NCBI RefSeq assembly: GCF_000981445.1
Contig: NC_027218.1
Span: 2,790,001 to 2,854,000 of the forward strand
Direction of reading: 5' to 3'
Length of the DNA: 64,000 bases
Source of the DNA: Babesia bigemina
Lineage: Eukaryota
Shown here: positions 44,663-57,822 of the stretch, piece by piece
Position numbering within the stretch: the first letter of the stretch is position 1
How the letters are laid out: the number at the start of each line of letters is the position of its first letter
The notes under the pieces: model-generated
Told to the model about the DNA's origin: nothing
Databases searched by the model: none
Seen by the model: only the letters and a program-made list of their open reading frames with translations
Made by a program: the position numbers and the translations under genes

Positions 44663-45530
44663 AGACAACGAACGCTGTATCTGTGATGGTTGCACCTATA
44701 TAATTCATAGCATTTGGAAGCTTTGGTGATGTCGAATGTGTACAGTAGTAGTGCGGTGTGCATGATGTTTACGGCTTTCAATTAAAATTTGTTTGTTCTG
44801 CGGAATCACCTTATGGCATGTTATTGTGTTCTATTGCTGCGTTAATGATCATCTGACGCGTTTCTCGTCGCCTTAACCTTCCTGGGATATCCTACCGTTC
44901 ATGTCGCGGTTACGAAACCAGGGAGCCAAGTACAGCAATTTTCTGTCAATCGAAACTTCGGTGTAACATCGTTAGCTTTCAGTGTAGCATCGCTGCTATC
45001 GTTGGCTATGGGTCAGTTGCGAGCTCTGTTGGCGCTGTATTTCGTCGCTTGATCCATCTCTGGCACGTATTCATCTTTTCACAGTTTACACCCATTTCGG
45101 TCGCATAACAAAGCAGTGGTGCGGATCTACTCACCTTCGTATTGGCAGCCGCGGTCAGCCGCGGCCAAACAAGGGCTTCAGTGTAAAGCATTTTGATACC
45201 GTGGGATCCGCGCTCGAATGCTGTAGGTAAGTGCTATTTCTGCTAATATGCGGCGTTATCTTATGTTATCAGGTGGTGGAAGTTCCTAAGGCGCGGTACA
45301 TTGGCGAGAATACTGAATCTGCAATCGTCGTCGGCTGAGGCTTCGGTTCCAGGTAGTTGCCAATGCGCTCTGTTAATGCAGCTCGTAGTGACGTCTACTC
45401 ACATTCACAATGTGGAGAATGGCTCTGCTAAGCTAAACGACCAGCAGTTGTCGGTGCTTAGTTCGTATTTGGGAGTTAGTTTTCAGCCCCGCAAGGCACC
45501 TCGTTATCGGCGGATATGATCTAACCGAAA

Positions 45531-47577
45531 ATGGCGTCGAACGCAGGAAGCATCAGGTCCACTAGCCTGATAGACTCCATCTTACGGAGAGGTGGTACAA
45601 GTACAACTACCCAAGGCACGGGTAGCGGTGGAGACGATGACGATATACCAGAGAGGTACCGCAGAGTGTTTGTTTGCATTTCTTTGCTCTCAATTATAGG
45701 GGCCATACTGGCTTTCAACGTGTTGTTAAGTTACGATTCCATGAGCCGGGACACATCGGACGTTGACGAGGTACAGATTTCGGATAACATGGGAGTGTAC
45801 GGCACCTACTATACCGGCGAGTATGAAATATGCGAGGCCGCGCGGAAGTTCAAGACAGCAGACGGGCGCGTGGTAGAGCATCCAGCGGAATGTCGTAAAG
45901 GTGTGATGCACGCTTCTGTTATATTCCGAAGCATGATTTTTGACTCTTTCACGAAGATGTTTGTGTTGCTCTGCTTGGAGCTACCCGAAGGCAGTCGCTT
46001 TAGCATGGGGAATTCTTCTCGGTATGGTGCTAACAGTTTCAAAAATGAGCGCCGCGTCTACATGGGATTCTCCGGCTTGGAATCAACGGGCAGGATTGAC
46101 TCGTTATACATGTCGGGGATGTCGGCCGTGATGGGCCCTTTTACGTCGCGAGCTCCGTTGAAAGAATACTGGCCTGCGGAAGCTTTGAAGGTGGACTATT
46201 GGAATGAGTATTTTGGCAAGGCTTCCGGTGCGGTATGCTCGTTCAACACGTTTATTCGCCAGCCCATACCCCGCCTGAACCAGGTTTCTTTGCGCCGTTT
46301 GGATGAGCTTTACATTTTGAATATCCGCCGTTTCCTTCTGAAAGACTTAGAGCACATATCTAAATACGACTCTTCGAGGTTCAACATTTTTAACGCGTTG
46401 TACGGTGAGCCCACTCCACCAACCTCCAGTGTAGCGGAGGAAGTGTCAGATTCGTCATCCATTCCAGTCTCAACTCACTCATCAGGGGACGCCAGTAAAG
46501 TGGAATCTGATTCAATGCTGTTTGACACGATAAACGGAACGCTGAAGAGCACGGATTGTGGTGTGACCATAAAATTTAACGGAAAGGAGCGCGACATGTC
46601 TTACATGGACAGTATGGCGTATAACTTTTCGACTGTCTTCTTAATCAAAATAATGATCGAGACCTACGTTTTGTTGAAGCAAGTGCGCAAGGTGGATGAG
46701 GGTGCCCAGGGTCAGACGATGAGCATCATTGCCTTCACCATGTATTCGTACCAGGATTGGCTTGAGATTTTCATGCTGGTGTTCCACCGCGGCGTGTTTT
46801 GGAAGAATGTGACGAGTTTTTGTTTCATGTTCCTCATGAAGCTGTTTTTGATAGGCATCGTAGACCACACCTTCCTGGTGTTGATCTGGCGCGCCAACCA
46901 TGCAGAGCAGATCCGTGAGGGTTGGGAGGCTACTCAGAAGCGGTTCTCGCTTTTTTATCGTTACTATTTCAGCTTCCTGTTCCTAAAAGCACTGCTGTGG
47001 TACTTTTACTACGTGGAGAGTCCGTGGGTCCTCATTGTGACCTATTTGTGTTGGGTGCCTCAGATTCTGCTGGATGCGTGGCGTGGACATTGCACCTCTT
47101 TCAGCTTCTGGTCGATCGTTGCGCTTTCGCTCTGCCGCATGTACCTGCCGTATTACCTGTTCATGCTCAAGGACAGCGCATTCACGTACGACGTGTTTGC
47201 GCTTGACTCCGCGCGCACGAACCGTACGGTCGGGGCGTACATTATGCTGGTGATCTGCCTTCAGCTGATCCTCATGTCCCTCCAGCGTCTCAATGGTGCT
47301 AGGTGCTTCGCCTCGTGGTCGATTCTGCCGCAAATATACACGTATGTGCGCCCGTGGTCGCAGCTTATGCAGGACGACCCTCAGGAGTGCGTGATTTGTA
47401 TGTACAGCATCGTGCATTCTAAACGGTGAGTTATTGGTTCATTTTGGCCACATAGCGCGCAGAGATTGGAGCATCACGCCGTGCAACCACCTCTTCCACA
47501 GCCGCTGCCTGAAGGAGTGGGCGTCAATAAAGCTCGAGTGCCCGAATTGCAGGCAGACACTTCCGCCTATAACGTAG
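45531..47577 (+). CDS. Multi-pass transmembrane RING-H2 E3 ubiquitin ligase (Tul1/Dsc1-like)
   Basis: N-terminal TM, luminal region and multi-TM block (CWVPQI, RMYLPYYLF). The RING ECVICM...TPCNHLFHSRCLKEW...CPNCR is completed by a short final exon. Confidence 0.88.
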
Positions 47578-47942
47578 TGATCTGCAGCCCCGCCCTACCT
47601 GTTTGCCACATCTACACAAACTAGCCGATAGACATGTGCGAACAGGGGATAATTATATGACTTATCCAGTTCCGTTTCCAATCGGTCACGCCGTCGGCCT
47701 TCCGGGTGTGTACGCCCGGAGGCAGGGCCAAGACACACCTTTTCCGGCAAGATTTCGCCGTTAAACGCCCTTACATTCAGTTATAAGACGTTACAATTAG
47801 TTTAAAGTCGCTTGGGTCTCACTGAGATTGTAATTTTGCCTGTTGCCCGGTGCTTAGCTTATGTGGCTTCCTCCCACCGTTGTGTACCGGTTGCGTGGGT
47901 TCCGTGGCCGCTGAGATGCCCCTTCCACTTGAATAATAAACG

Positions 47943-48874
47943 ATGTCAACGGACGATATAGAAAAGCTCGTCGCTGATCTGCAGGGCGCGTTTTCGGAGG
48001 CCTCCTCCGACCCCCGCGCCGTGGCGCCATGTGCTGGCATCTTGAACAAGATCAAGGAGCGGCTGACGCAGTGCCATCTCAAGGGCTTCAGCGGCGATGC
48101 TCGCTTCCTGTCGCTGGCGCGCGAGGCGTACGAGATCGGCGCTTTGCTGTCGTTGCAGCTCGGCGACGTGGGTAGCTTCGACTGCTACTACTCGTATCTT
48201 CATCCGTTTTACTTCGACTACACAGGGGTGCGTGGGTGTCGTGGATTCGCTTGACTCGTTCTTAGGTCGTCCAGCGTAGCGAGCGTACGGACGTGGTCCT
48301 GGGCCTCCGTATGCTGCACCTGCTGACGGAGAATCGCATCGGTGACTTTTACATGCTGCTGGAGCTTCTGCCGGCCGACATTCGCGCCAGCCGTAACATC
48401 CAGTACGTGGTGGAGCTGGAGCGCAGCATGATGGAGGGCAAGCTGACCCGGCTGATTGACGTGCGGCAGACGGCGCCCTCCGCCTACTACTGGTCGTTGG
48501 CGGACAAGCTGGCCGACACCGCGCGGAACAAGATCGCGGCTGCGATGGAGATCGCGTACCCCAGCTTGGGCATGGCGGATGCAGCTGCGATGCTGAAACT
48601 GCGTGACGTGAACGTAGGTGACTCGATCGCTGTTGTAACCCTCCTCAGGAACTTGCGTCCTTCATGAACCACTACAACAAGTCCAGGAAGACGGACGGTG
48701 CGTTTGCGCGCAAGCGGCCATTCACCACACGCAGATTCACGTGCTGTTCAGTGGCGCATTGAGGGAGACCGCGTCTGCTTCGTCAGCGAGGCGCCCGTGC
48801 GCGGCAGCGTGCCTTCTAAGGAGATGCTGGCGTACTCGCTGGGCTACATCGAGGAGCTGGAGAAGATCGTATGA
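47943..48874 (+). CDS. RPN12: 26S proteasome regulatory subunit RPN12 (PSMD8), multi-exon
   Basis: AREAYEIGALLS, FDCYYSYLHPFYFDY, LLTENRIGDFYMLLELL and LERSMMEG motifs; C-terminus LGYIEELEKIV*. Confidence 0.93.
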
Positions 48875-48993
48875 GCGCATCGCCGCCAGATTTGTCGCGG
48901 GGGCCGTGCCACTTAGCCCCCGCCGCTTACACATCCCAGTTAGGCCGCGTCTAATGCGGCCTGCTACCGTGAACTACCACTAGCTACTAATTT

Positions 48994-50321
48994 TTACTGC
49001 ACGATGCCGAGTTTCTGTTTGCAGCTGTCGGACATGAGCTCTAGCTCTTGCTTTGTAAAGTCGAGCAGGTTTTCCGGCACGTGAATTTCCGGACTGGGAT
49101 CGTACAGGATTTCGTCGAAAAACTTGTGGCCGAGCGCCTCGAGTGGCTGGATGCGCTCCTTGGGGTCGTAGCGCAGGAAGAGCGTGACAAACTCGATAGC
49201 CACTGCCGGCGTGTTCCTTGGGAATACCCGCGATAGATCTGCTGCCCGTATGTTCGGGAACGTGACATTCGTGTAATTGGGGTTCATCGCGTGCATCTGT
49301 TCGATGGTAGGCGTCCCCAGCACTTGGATGATCTTGACCAGCTGGTCCACCGAAGTGTCGCCAGCGAACATTGGCTTTCCCATAAGGAGCTCGCCGATTA
49401 CGCATCCGATTGACCAGATGTCAATGGCGGTGGTGTACTCGTTCGCGCCCAACATGAGCTCCGGCGCCCTGTAAAACCTGGAGCAGATGTATGCCACGCT
49501 CCACTCCCCGGGCATCAGCTTCTTTGCGGAGCCGAAATCGCAGAGTTTGAGCACATTGGTCTGTAGGTCCACCAGGAGGTTGTGTGGCTTGAGGTCGCGG
49601 TGGCACACCCCCATGGAGTGCAGGTAGCCCAGCGCCCTGCACAGCTGGAAAGCGTAGATCTTGATGAGTTTGAGCGGCATCTGGCTGTACTTTTTGAAGT
49701 ATGAGCGCATGACCCTGTGCACGGTGCCGGGCACGAATTCCATGACCAGGTTGAGGTAGCGCTGTCTTTCCTGCTCCCTGACCGACTCCGTGTAGAAGTA
49801 GTCGAAGAGGAAGACGATATTGGGGTGTGAGAGCTCTAGCATGATTCCGAGTTCTCTGTTCTTGTAGCGCGGGTCCTGCGTCGCTATGTCAACAGAGGGC
49901 CGTGACCTACCTGCAGCACCTTCTTGATGGCCACTCGCTTGCCCGTTTCCTTCTGCACGGCCTCGTGCACCACGCCGAAAGACCCGTTGCCAATCATCCG
50001 CTCGACCTGGTACTTGTCCTCAGGGTTGACCTGCGGATCTGTTGCCCTCGCAGCTTGCACGCCCTGCGCCATTTCACGTCCGTCTGGGATCCCATGAGCG
50101 CGCTCAACCTCCGGCACCTGGTTCCAATTTTGGCCCGTCTCATCTTTCAATTGCTGCGCTGGACGGTTGTATGAAACGCATCGTTGCTGGTACATTGCGT
50201 TTTGGTGTTGGCGGTATAGGACTGCGCGGGCATCCGCATCCTCCGACTCGCCGTACCGCCCGGCGGCCGGCTGACGCATTGCTCCCGCGTTTCCAATTAA
50301 GTCCTCACGAGCAGCTGACAT
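48994..50321 (-). CDS. GSK3: Glycogen synthase kinase 3, 2 exons
   Basis: IGNGSFGVV, VAIKKVLQ|DPRYKNREL, HRDLKPHNLL, CDFGSAK and YICSRFYRAPEL motifs. Confidence 0.97.
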
Positions 50322-51497
50322 CGCTTATATTAGGCCGGCGATTTCGTTGAATTTCGCGGCGCGCCGCGCTTGGACGAGGCGGCTTGCCGTGTGTCCGTGC
50401 TCTTGTCCGTGGAATCCTGTTTTCGGTGGCGCGCAGCGACAGCCTTCGGGATCGTCTTCGCCCTCTGCGGTGCTCCTCGACGGTTAGGCGGCTCGTCGCC
50501 ACTAGTCCCTCTCGGCGGTTGCCCCGCACATTGACGTCGGAGCTGGCGAGCAAGACATAGGTTTGCCGTGCTGCCGTGCGCTCAATTGTAATTGTGAGTT
50601 CGTTCAAGGTGCGGTGTGGATTTGTTACTGGCACATTCGTGGCAGCTGGTGAGGCGTTCGCGCGATAGTTTGTGGTGGCATCAGCACGACTGGTGTCTGG
50701 GCTAGCCATACGCCATCCGTTTCTACGCCGGGAACCTCCCACGTTACGCAACACACCCCGCTAGCGCTGTGCGCAGCTGTGTAACCGCTAGTTGGGAAAC
50801 CTCAGACGGCGCGGCGATTGTCCAGCTACGTCGCCGTAGCACTTTGGGCTCCACGTGGCGCCGTGGTACCATCGCATACGAATGGTCTAGAATGGTATGT
50901 GACAGGCCGTTTCACGATTGTGTTCGCGCCGGAGTTATTGCTTCCCGCCGATACACCTCGCGCGCGGTGCGGCACATCGCTCAGCTGCCTTGACTAGCTG
51001 TAACGGAGCCAGTGGCCGCCTCTATACGCGCAACAGTCCGTAGTTAAGTATGTATCTCGCGCACCAGTGTAGCATCTACGCAATTGGGTCTCCCGGTTGC
51101 CACGCAACCCGTGCCACGGCCCGTCGGAGGTGTGGTCGGTTTTCGCTCCCGTTTGCAGCCGAGCTCATCAGCCTGGTCACGTAGTAGTTGCACACGTATG
51201 TGGGTGTGCTATTCTTGGCGTGTTTGACGCGTTTGCCGTTGGCAGCCGCCCAGCTCGGTACGTCGTTGGTCGGGCGTATTCCGCTTGTCTGGTATAACCT
51301 GAGGTCGCACCTTCCACAGCATAAACACAACCTAGAATACCGCACAATCGCAGCAGTGGTTTGAAACGGAGAATTCGGGCCTGTTATTCCTTGGTAGTTG
51401 ACTCCGGCTTGGTGTCGTTGCACCGCCTCCAGGTGTGTTCCGGTTCTGATTATTCGGCGCGAGCTGCACGTAACTTCTGTTTCCCCAGCTGGTTACA

Positions 51498-54400
51498 ATG
51501 GGTCACGACTCTGATTCCAGCGAGCACGTCTGGTACCCGGAAGGTGAGTGGCTGCGTAATGTGTGTCACGCTCCGCAGAGCTGCGCCGCGGTCCCCCTGC
51601 CAAGCTCCTGCTGAAGGATGGAACCGAGTACTGCGGCTACTCGTTCGGGTACGTGGACGAGTCGTACAACTACGTCGACCCGGGAAGCGTGGATACTACG
51701 GGCGAGATTGTCTTTTCCACCGCCATGGTCGGCTATGCCGAGGCGCTCACTGACCCTAGCTTCCTGGGGCAGATCTTGGTGATGACCTATCCTTCGTTGG
51801 GCAACACCGGAGTCCCTCCCACAGAGCAGGTTGGTTGTTGATCAGGCTGTTTCATGGTGGCGCGCAGGACGAGTTCGGTTATTTGAAGTGGTTTGAAAGC
51901 TCGAAGATCCACGTGCGTGGTTTCGTCTGCTGCGACTACTCGGTGCATGATTCACATTGGTCGTCGTGTAAGTCCCTGTCGGCGTGGCTGCGCGAGGAGC
52001 GCATCCCTGCCATCGCGGGCATCGATACCCGTGCGCTCACGAAGCACCTGCGCACGTGCGGCTCGATGCTCGGCCGCATCATCATAGGGCGTGCGGCAAC
52101 CCTTCCCGCCGACTCCCGCCTGCTGTCAAACTCCGCTTTCTACGACACAAACAGCGTCAACCTCTTGGAGACCCTTCCGTTGTCGCCTCCAACGCTTTAC
52201 ACGATGCGAGAGGTCGATGGTCACAAGTACGTGTCTAAGTTCGAGTTCACCGCGGCTGAGCTGAAGGAGATTTTACAACGTGACCCCGGCGCCTTCCACG
52301 TAGCGGACGCGATGTCCGCCTTTGCCCCGAAGCTGAAGTACGACGGTTACCCTAAGAGCCCGGTGCAGCCCCACAGTCCCGCTGGTTCGTGCGGTGCGCA
52401 GGGCTCCGGGGAGCTGTCGAACTGCTTGGGTCTCAAGGATGTCACGCTTGTTGTGGTGGTCAACTGCGGGGCCAAGAGCAACATCATCCGCCTGATGTTG
52501 CGAATGTGCCCTCCTCAGATGCGTCTGCTGTTGGTTCCCTTCAGCTTCGACTTCGCCCGGATCCCCTACGACGGTTTGGTGATTTCAAACGGGCCAGGCG
52601 ACCCCAACGAGGCGCATTCCACGATCGCCAACCTCCGCTTAGCCATGCAGAGGACGGCTCCGATCTTCGGTATTTGTCTGGGACACCAGCTGATGGCCAT
52701 CGCCGCTGGCGCGAGCACGTATAAGATGACCTACGGCCACCGCGGTTTCAACCAGCCCTGCGTGGACTTGCGCACGTCCAAGTGCTACATGACGTCGCAG
52801 AACCACGGGTTCGCCGTCGACGAGGACACCATTCCGCCAGACTGGTCCACGTTGTTCGTGAACGCGAACGACGGGTGCGTGGAAGGTCTGATCCACATGG
52901 TCAACCCGTGGTTCAGTTCACAGTTCCACCCCGAGGCCAGCGGAGGGCCTACGGACACCACGTTCTTGATGCTCGACTTCATCTACAGCATGGGCAAGAA
53001 CGGCTGCATCCCGCTGCACATCCGCGCCATCACGCCGCGTGTCCAGTGGAAGCGAATCTTGCTTTTGAGCAGCGGCGGCATTTCCATTGGCCAGGCTGGC
53101 GAGTTCGACTACAGCGGCAGTCAGGCTATTAAGGCGCTGAAGGAGTCTGGCGCCGATGTCATCTTGGTGAACCCGAATGTGGCTACTGTCCAGACCAGCT
53201 ACGGGCTGGCTGACGTGATATACTTCCAACCCATAACGTTCGAGTTCGTGTCGGAGATCATCGCCAAGGAGCGCCCTGACGGTATCATGTGCAGCTTCGG
53301 AGGCCAGACGGCGCTGAACTGCGGCATCGAGTTGTTCAAATCTGGGATCCTCGCCAAGTACAACTGTGAAGTGCTGGGCACCCCCATAGAGACCATCATC
53401 AACACCGAGGACCGCGCGATTTTCAACGAGAAGATGGCCGAGATCGGCGAGCGCTGCGCTCCGTCGAAGGTTGGCACGAGCGCGGACTCGTGTGTCGCCG
53501 CCGCTGCGGAGCTGGGTTACCCGGTGTTGGTGCGCACCAACTTCGCGTTGGGAGGGTTCGGTTCGGGCTTCGCCAAGGATGAAGCGGAATTGCGCGAGAT
53601 TTTGTCCAACATCTTCACCGCAGGCTCGTGCCGTAATGGCCACGAACCCGCTGAGGGCACCGCATCCCCGAACCAGGCCGACGTTGGCCCCGGCTCTGTG
53701 TCGGAGGATTCCACCGTGTGCGTGTACATCGACAAGGCGTTGAACGGCTGGAAGGAGATCGAGTTCGAGATAATCCGCGACAGCAACGACAACTGCATTA
53801 CTCCTGCGAGCATGGAGAACTTCAACCCCCTCGGCATCCACACCGGTGACTCCATCGTCGTGGCTCCTGCGCAAACCCTGACCAACGTGGAGCTGTACAA
53901 GTACCGCGAGATCGCCTTCAAGATCGTGCGCCACCTCGGCATCATCGGCGAGTGCAACATCCAGTTCGCTGTGAACCCGGACAGTGACGAGTACTTCATC
54001 GTGGAGCTGAACGCGCGCCTCAGCCGCAGCTCCGCCCTCGCGTCCAAGGCCACCGGCTACCCGTTGGCGTACGTCGCTGCGCGCATAGCTTTGGGCTTCG
54101 ACCTGGTGCAGATGCGCAACGCCATCACGTTGGTAACGACCGCGTGCTTTGAGCCGAGTTTGGACTACGTGGTGGTTAAGATCCCCAAGTGGGATTTGCG
54201 CAAGTTCGAGTTCGCGGACAACCTGCTTGGCAGCAGCATGAAGTCCGTGGGTGAGGTGATGTCGATCGGCCGCACGTTCGAGGAGGCCATGCAGAAGGCG
54301 TTGCGCATGTCCGGCGACGGCGTCACGGGCTTCAGCAGCGGCGTGTTGTCCACGGCCGACCGGGATGCCGTCGTGCATGGGCTGTGCCATCCCACACCCG

Positions 54401-56541
54401 ACCACGTGTCGGCCATCGCCCGCGCTTTCGAGCTCGGCATGAGCGTGTCCGAGGTGCATGGTTTGACCCGCATCGACCCCTGGTTCCTGCACCGGCTGCA
54501 CTACCTCCACGTGCTGACATCGCATCTGGGCCGCTTCAGCAGCGTGTCTGAACTTTCTTTCAACCAGATGCGGTGCTACAAGGTGCACGGTTTCAGCGAC
54601 AAGCAGATCGCCGAGGGTCTCGGCGACGCGTCAGCCACTGAGGACGACGTGAGGGTGCACCGCAAGTCGCTCGGCGTGATCCCGGTGACGAAGGTCATCG
54701 ACACGCTGGCTGCGGAATACCCGGCGAAGACTAACTACTGCTACCTGACGTACAACGGCATCGAAAACGACGTCTCGGCGTGCAGCCCCGCGGACGTTGC
54801 CCGCAGCTCCTGTGACGACGGCGATTGCACCGGCAAGTCGAGTGGCCCTGCCATTGTGGTCCTGGGGTGCGGTCCTTACCGTATCGGCTCCAGCATCGAA
54901 TTCGACTGGTCCGCGGTGAGCTGCGTGAAGGCGCTGCGGAGTCTGGGCTACCGCGCCGTGATCGTGAACTGCAACCCGGAGACCGTGTCCACTGACTACG
55001 ACGTCAGTGACCGGCTGTATTTCGAGGAGCTCACCTGCGAGATCGTGGACGCCATTTACCAGTTCGAAAGGCCTATGGGCATCGTGATTTCGGTGGGGGG
55101 CCAAACTGCGAACAACCTGGCCTGCAAGCTGCACAGCCTGGGGCTCTCCATTTTGGGTACCAGCGTGGAGTCGATCGACCGCTGCGAGAACCGGAACAAG
55201 TTCTCCAAGCTGTGCGATGTGCTGGGCATCGACCAGCCCTCTTGGGAGGAGTTCACCTCCCTGGAGGCTGCCGAGCAGTTCTGCACCAAGGTGTCCTTTC
55301 CCGTGTTGGTCCGACCCTCGTACGTGTTGTCGGGCGCTTCGATGCGCGTGATAGTTTCCTTCGACGACCTGAAGAGCTTCCTGCAGACGTCGGCCGTGAT
55401 AAACCGCGAGCACCCGGTGGTGATTTCCAAGTTCATCGAGAACGCCAAGGAGGTGGAGGTCGACTGTGTGGCGTCGCAGGGTATCATTCTGAACTACGCC
55501 ATCAGCGAGCACGTGGAGTACGCCGGTACGCACTCGGGCGACGCCACGCTGATTCTGCCGGCGCAGAACATCTTGGTGGGCACCCACCGCCGCGTGAAGA
55601 AGATAACCCAGAAGCTTTCGCGCTACTTGAACATCAGCGGCCCGTTCAACGTGCAGTACCTCTGCAAGAACAACCAGATCAAGATCATCGAGTGCAACCT
55701 CCGCGCCTCCCGCACGCTGCCGTTCATTTCCAAGACTCTGAACATGAACTTCATCGACCAGGCCACCCGCGTCATGGTGGGCAGCCCCGCTCGGGTGCAG
55801 AACATCCAGCTGATGGACATCGACTACGTGGCCGTCAAGGTGCCGATGTTCTCGTTCGACCGTTTGTACCCGTCTGACCCGCTGGTTGGCGTGGATATGA
55901 AATCGACCGGTGAGGTGGTCGGCTTCGGCGAGAGCAAGTACGAAGCGCTCATGAAGGCCATGATATCCAGCGGCATGCGCATCCCGTCGCGCTCGATCCT
56001 GATATCCTTCGGCACCGACGTCGACAAGTTTTTGATATCTCGTAAGGTGGAAACCATGCTCGAGCTCGGCTTCAACGTGTACGCCACCGAGGGCACCTAC
56101 AACTTCCTCTCGCGCATGAACGAGGTCTCGACATCCGAAGGCGGCATGTCCGGCCGTTTGGACGTGCGTTCGCTGCTTTCCTCGAACCTGGTGTTCTTCG
56201 AGGACACCATCACCGACGGCTGGTCGCGCAACGCCGACCAAAGGCCGCGTGGCAAGCTGCTGCCGGCCTACAAGCCCAGCGACGGCCGCGAGCCCAGCGC
56301 GGTGAGCCTGATGAAGAGCGGCGAGGTGGACATGTTCATTAACGTCGCTGGCCGCGTGAACCCCGGGCGCACGTCGGACGGGTACATCATGCGGCGCGCC
56401 GCCGTGGACAACAAGGTGACCCTGATCACCAGCAACAAGCTGGCGCTCCTGGTGATCGACGCGCTGGTCATGCGCCACATCCGCAGTTCCAAGGGCAAGG
56501 TCTTCTTCCACAACAAAAGCCACCAGGAGTACGTGAACTAG
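51498..56541 (+). CDS. CPSII: Carbamoyl phosphate synthetase II (fused GATase + CPSase), 3 exons
   Basis: [52 protein letters not shown], two ATP-grasp domains and a C-terminal MGS-like domain. Confidence 0.98.
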
Positions 56542-57822
56542 GCGCGTGTCACATCTACATTCAACATACGGCTGTTAAAAGGTGTGTGAGTTCAGGGTGC
56601 GTGAGTTGACCCGTGAGTAGTTGCATGACCCGCCATCGCGATGCGTTGTCTTGTGTTGTATTCATTTGTAGTCGTTGGAGGCGGCTGTTGGTTGTAGTGC
56701 GGTTGGCCTAAGTGCCGAGTCGCTTATCAGTGGTGTTTTGTGCATTTGATTTTTGAAGGAAGTTATTTGGTGGTATTTAATCCTTGCATGCTTTGCCAGG
56801 GTACCATCTGGTTTTGGTTGTACCCTTTATTTGATCCTTGTTATTTTCGACATCTGTTCTCAATAGTTCGTTACATAGTCCCGTCTATCGCGGCTGGCGC
56901 GACGTACGCTTACTGTTTAATATGCATCTCCGTTTTGCCGTCTCGAGGCGTCTAAACGCGCCCCGTGGGTAACGTCAACCCGTAGTTAACTAATGATAAT
57001 ATTTAAGCGACATGCGTCGACCACATGCTCATTGGCGGATTCTACAACAGCCATCTCAATACCGTACCACGGCCCGCAGATATCTGTGTGCTTGGCAAAA
57101 GCGACCTAGACACGCAATTACCGCATTCTCTAAACAATAATGCCATGAATGGCCTCATTGTAAGTGCTATACAACAAGCCTATAGGTGTAGTATCGGTCA
57201 CGGCGACATGCCGACACAGGACATGAGACTTCGCAGGTTTGACAGTCACCGTGGTATGTAATGGCAACGCGTCGTGCCGCGCGCATTAACGCCCTTAACG
57301 TGCCCATCATTTCGTCGCAACAGCACGGTTGATGAAATTCGAGTCCAGTACCGTCTTGCCTACACACAGTGTGTACGCGCCGTGTGGGCCATCCACCTTG
57401 CAAGCGCGGCATTGAGCTGTTTGCGCATTATTTTGTTGTTTTAGTGATAGGCGCGTATACGTTTTCTTGCGGGCGCGCGACCGTTGTTTTGCCGCATTGT
57501 CGCTCTCTGCTGTCAGCCGTGGTGTTGACTCCGCGTCCACGCCGTATGTCAGAGCTGCCGCAGCTGCAGAATGGCCCACCAATTCGCGAGGTTGTTTGTG
57601 TTTTATTTAATGTACCCTTGCCATTCCTCTGGCTTCTGTCTCGGCGCGCCGTTCGTCGACCCGTATGTTTGTGACGAACCGCTCTGAGTGTACCGAGCGG
57701 GTTCGTCTAATCCTTGCGCCAGCGGTGTATCTCAGTATGTGTTTTAATGTATTATGTAGCCATTGTTTTCTGAAGTAGTGCCCAGTAATTGTTGTTTCGA
57801 GCGCCTGTCTACTAGTCCTCCG

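Noticed and set aside
50330..51497. Regulatory uORF (arginine-attenuator-like) upstream of CPSII
   Set aside because: Only short generic ORFs, none resembling the fungal attenuator peptide; the TSS is unknown.
52918..56523. Long antisense ORFs (556 and 630 aa) opposite CPSII, and similar shadow ORFs over importin, syntaxin and DCP2
   Set aside because: An expected by-product of strong GC3 codon bias on the sense strand; no recognisable domains.
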